The notes beneath the pieces are model-generated. The model did no database searches and was not told where the DNA came from. It saw only the letters and a program-made list of their open reading frames with translations. The position numbers and the translations under genes were made by a program. From NCBI GenBank assembly GCA_963775655.1, contig CAVZJT010000007.1, positions 680,230-744,229 of the forward strand: a DNA stretch of 64,000 nt. Reading direction: 5' to 3'. How positions within the stretch are numbered: position 1 is the stretch's first letter; the number at the start of each line of letters is the position of its first letter. The DNA comes from an uncultured Actinomycetota bacterium. GTDB lineage: Bacteria > Actinomycetota > Actinomycetes > Mycobacteriales > QHCD01. Positions 63,172 through 64,000 of the stretch are shown piece after piece.

Positions 63172-64000
63172 GTGACCCGTCGGAAGCTGGCCCCGGGCAC
63201 CGTCCGGCGGATCGCCCGATTCGCGGCGCCGTACCGCCGTCAGCTCATCGTCTTCTGCGTGCTGATCACCTTCGACGCGGCGATCGGGGCCGCGAACCCG
63301 CTGATCTACCGGTCGATCCTCAACAACGGCATCCTCGGCCACGACGTCGGCCTGATCGTGGCGCTGGCCGGCCTCATCGCCGGACTGGCCGTCTTCGACG
63401 CGCTCCTGTCGCTGGGCCAGCGATGGGTGTCGGCGCGGGTCGGCGAGGGACTCATCTACGACATGCGCTCCGCGGTGTTCTCGCACGTGCAGCGGATGCC
63501 CATCGCCTTCTTCACCCGCACCCAGACCGGCGCCCTGATGAGCCGGCTCAACAACGACGTGCTCGGCGCGCAGCAGGCGTTCACCGGGACCCTGTCGACC
63601 GCGGTCAGCAACCTGCTGACCGTGGTGCTCGTGCTGGCCGCGATGTTCGCACTGTCCTGGCAGCTGACCCTGTCCTCGTTGATCCTGCTGCCGGTCTTCC
63701 TGCTGCCGGCCCGCTGGATGGGCCGCAAGCTGCAGGGCATCACCCGGGAGTCCTACGCCCTCAACGCCACCATGAACACCACGATGACCGAGCGGTTCAA
63801 CGTCGCCGGCGCGTTGCTGGTGACGCTGTTCGGTCGCCGGCACGAGGAGGACGAGGCGTTCCGGGCCCGGGCCGGTCGGGTCCGCGACATCGGCATCACC
63901 CAGGCGATGTACAGCCGGGTGTTCTACGTCTCGCTGATGCTGACCGCGGCGCTGGCCACCGCCATCATCTACGGCTGGGGCGGCCGGGAGGCGGCGCTCG
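63172..64000 (+). CDS. ABC exporter, fused TMD-NBD type, N-terminal TMD portion (runs off the window end); start unresolved
   Basis: Frame open from 63121 to the window end, absent from the track. ...APYRRQLIVFCVLITFDAAIGAANPLIY...LIYDMRSAVFSHVQRMPIAFFTRTQTGALMSRLNNDV is a typical type-I exporter TMD. The first in-frame start is GTG 63172. See findings for a possible frameshift from ATG 63117. Confidence 0.8.
   Translation, partial: MTRRKLAPGTVRRIARFAAPYRRQLIVFCVLITFDAAIGAANPLIYRSILNNGILGHDVGLIVALAGLIAGLAVFDALLSLGQRWVSARVGEGLIYDMRSAVFSHVQRMPIAFFTRTQTGALMSRLNNDVLGAQQAFTGTLSTAVSNLLTVVLVLAAMFALSWQLTLSSLILLPVFLLPARWMGRKLQGITRESYALNATMNTTMTERFNVAGALLVTLFGRRHEEDEAFRARAGRVRDIGITQAMYSRVFYVSLMLTAALATAIIYGWGGREAAL

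Overview
High-GC, GC3-rich actinobacterial chromosomal core. About 62 genes are called, almost all by recognisable protein signatures in the ORF track. Starts were refined from SD sites and from 4-nt start/stop overlaps. Left to right: a GntR-regulated sugar ABC / enolase-superfamily operon; an MprF/LysX-like membrane protein flanked by two paralogous membrane proteins; the conserved block uvrA-uvrC-rapZ-yvcK-whiA-gap-pgk-tpiA-secG-rbpA; the tkt-tal-pgi-zwf-opcA-pgl operon (minus strand); ctaB; mprA-mprB-pepD (minus strand); DUF885, ctaA and an ABC-2 exporter; a 5-gene peptide-type ABC importer; the sufR-sufBD-Rieske-sufCSU-sufT operon; an ABC-F ATPase; a small HTH protein; and the start of an ABC exporter. 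No rRNA, tRNA, CRISPR, IS or integrase was seen. The main finding is a compact four-gene azole-forming RiPP (TOMM/LAP-type) cassette at 35334-39257, between ctaB and pepD. It encodes an E1-like partner, a YcaO cyclodehydratase and a SagB-type dehydrogenase. Its apparent substrate is a 274-aa protein whose only cysteines sit in a C-terminal CSCSTSCNACTSTSCS tail. The second finding is a ~70-bp nested-palindrome repeat present in 7 copies (14 AACGT-S-ACGTT palindromes) in two intergenic arrays upstream of mprA and sufR. Further observations: three apparent +1 frameshifts in transporter genes, MprA-box-like direct repeats with identical geometry at mprA and pepD, a RecA-independent damage promoter motif at uvrA, a basic tail on UvrA, and a 24-bp in-frame tandem repeat in sufU. 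All family assignments come from reading the sequences and from memory. No database search was run.
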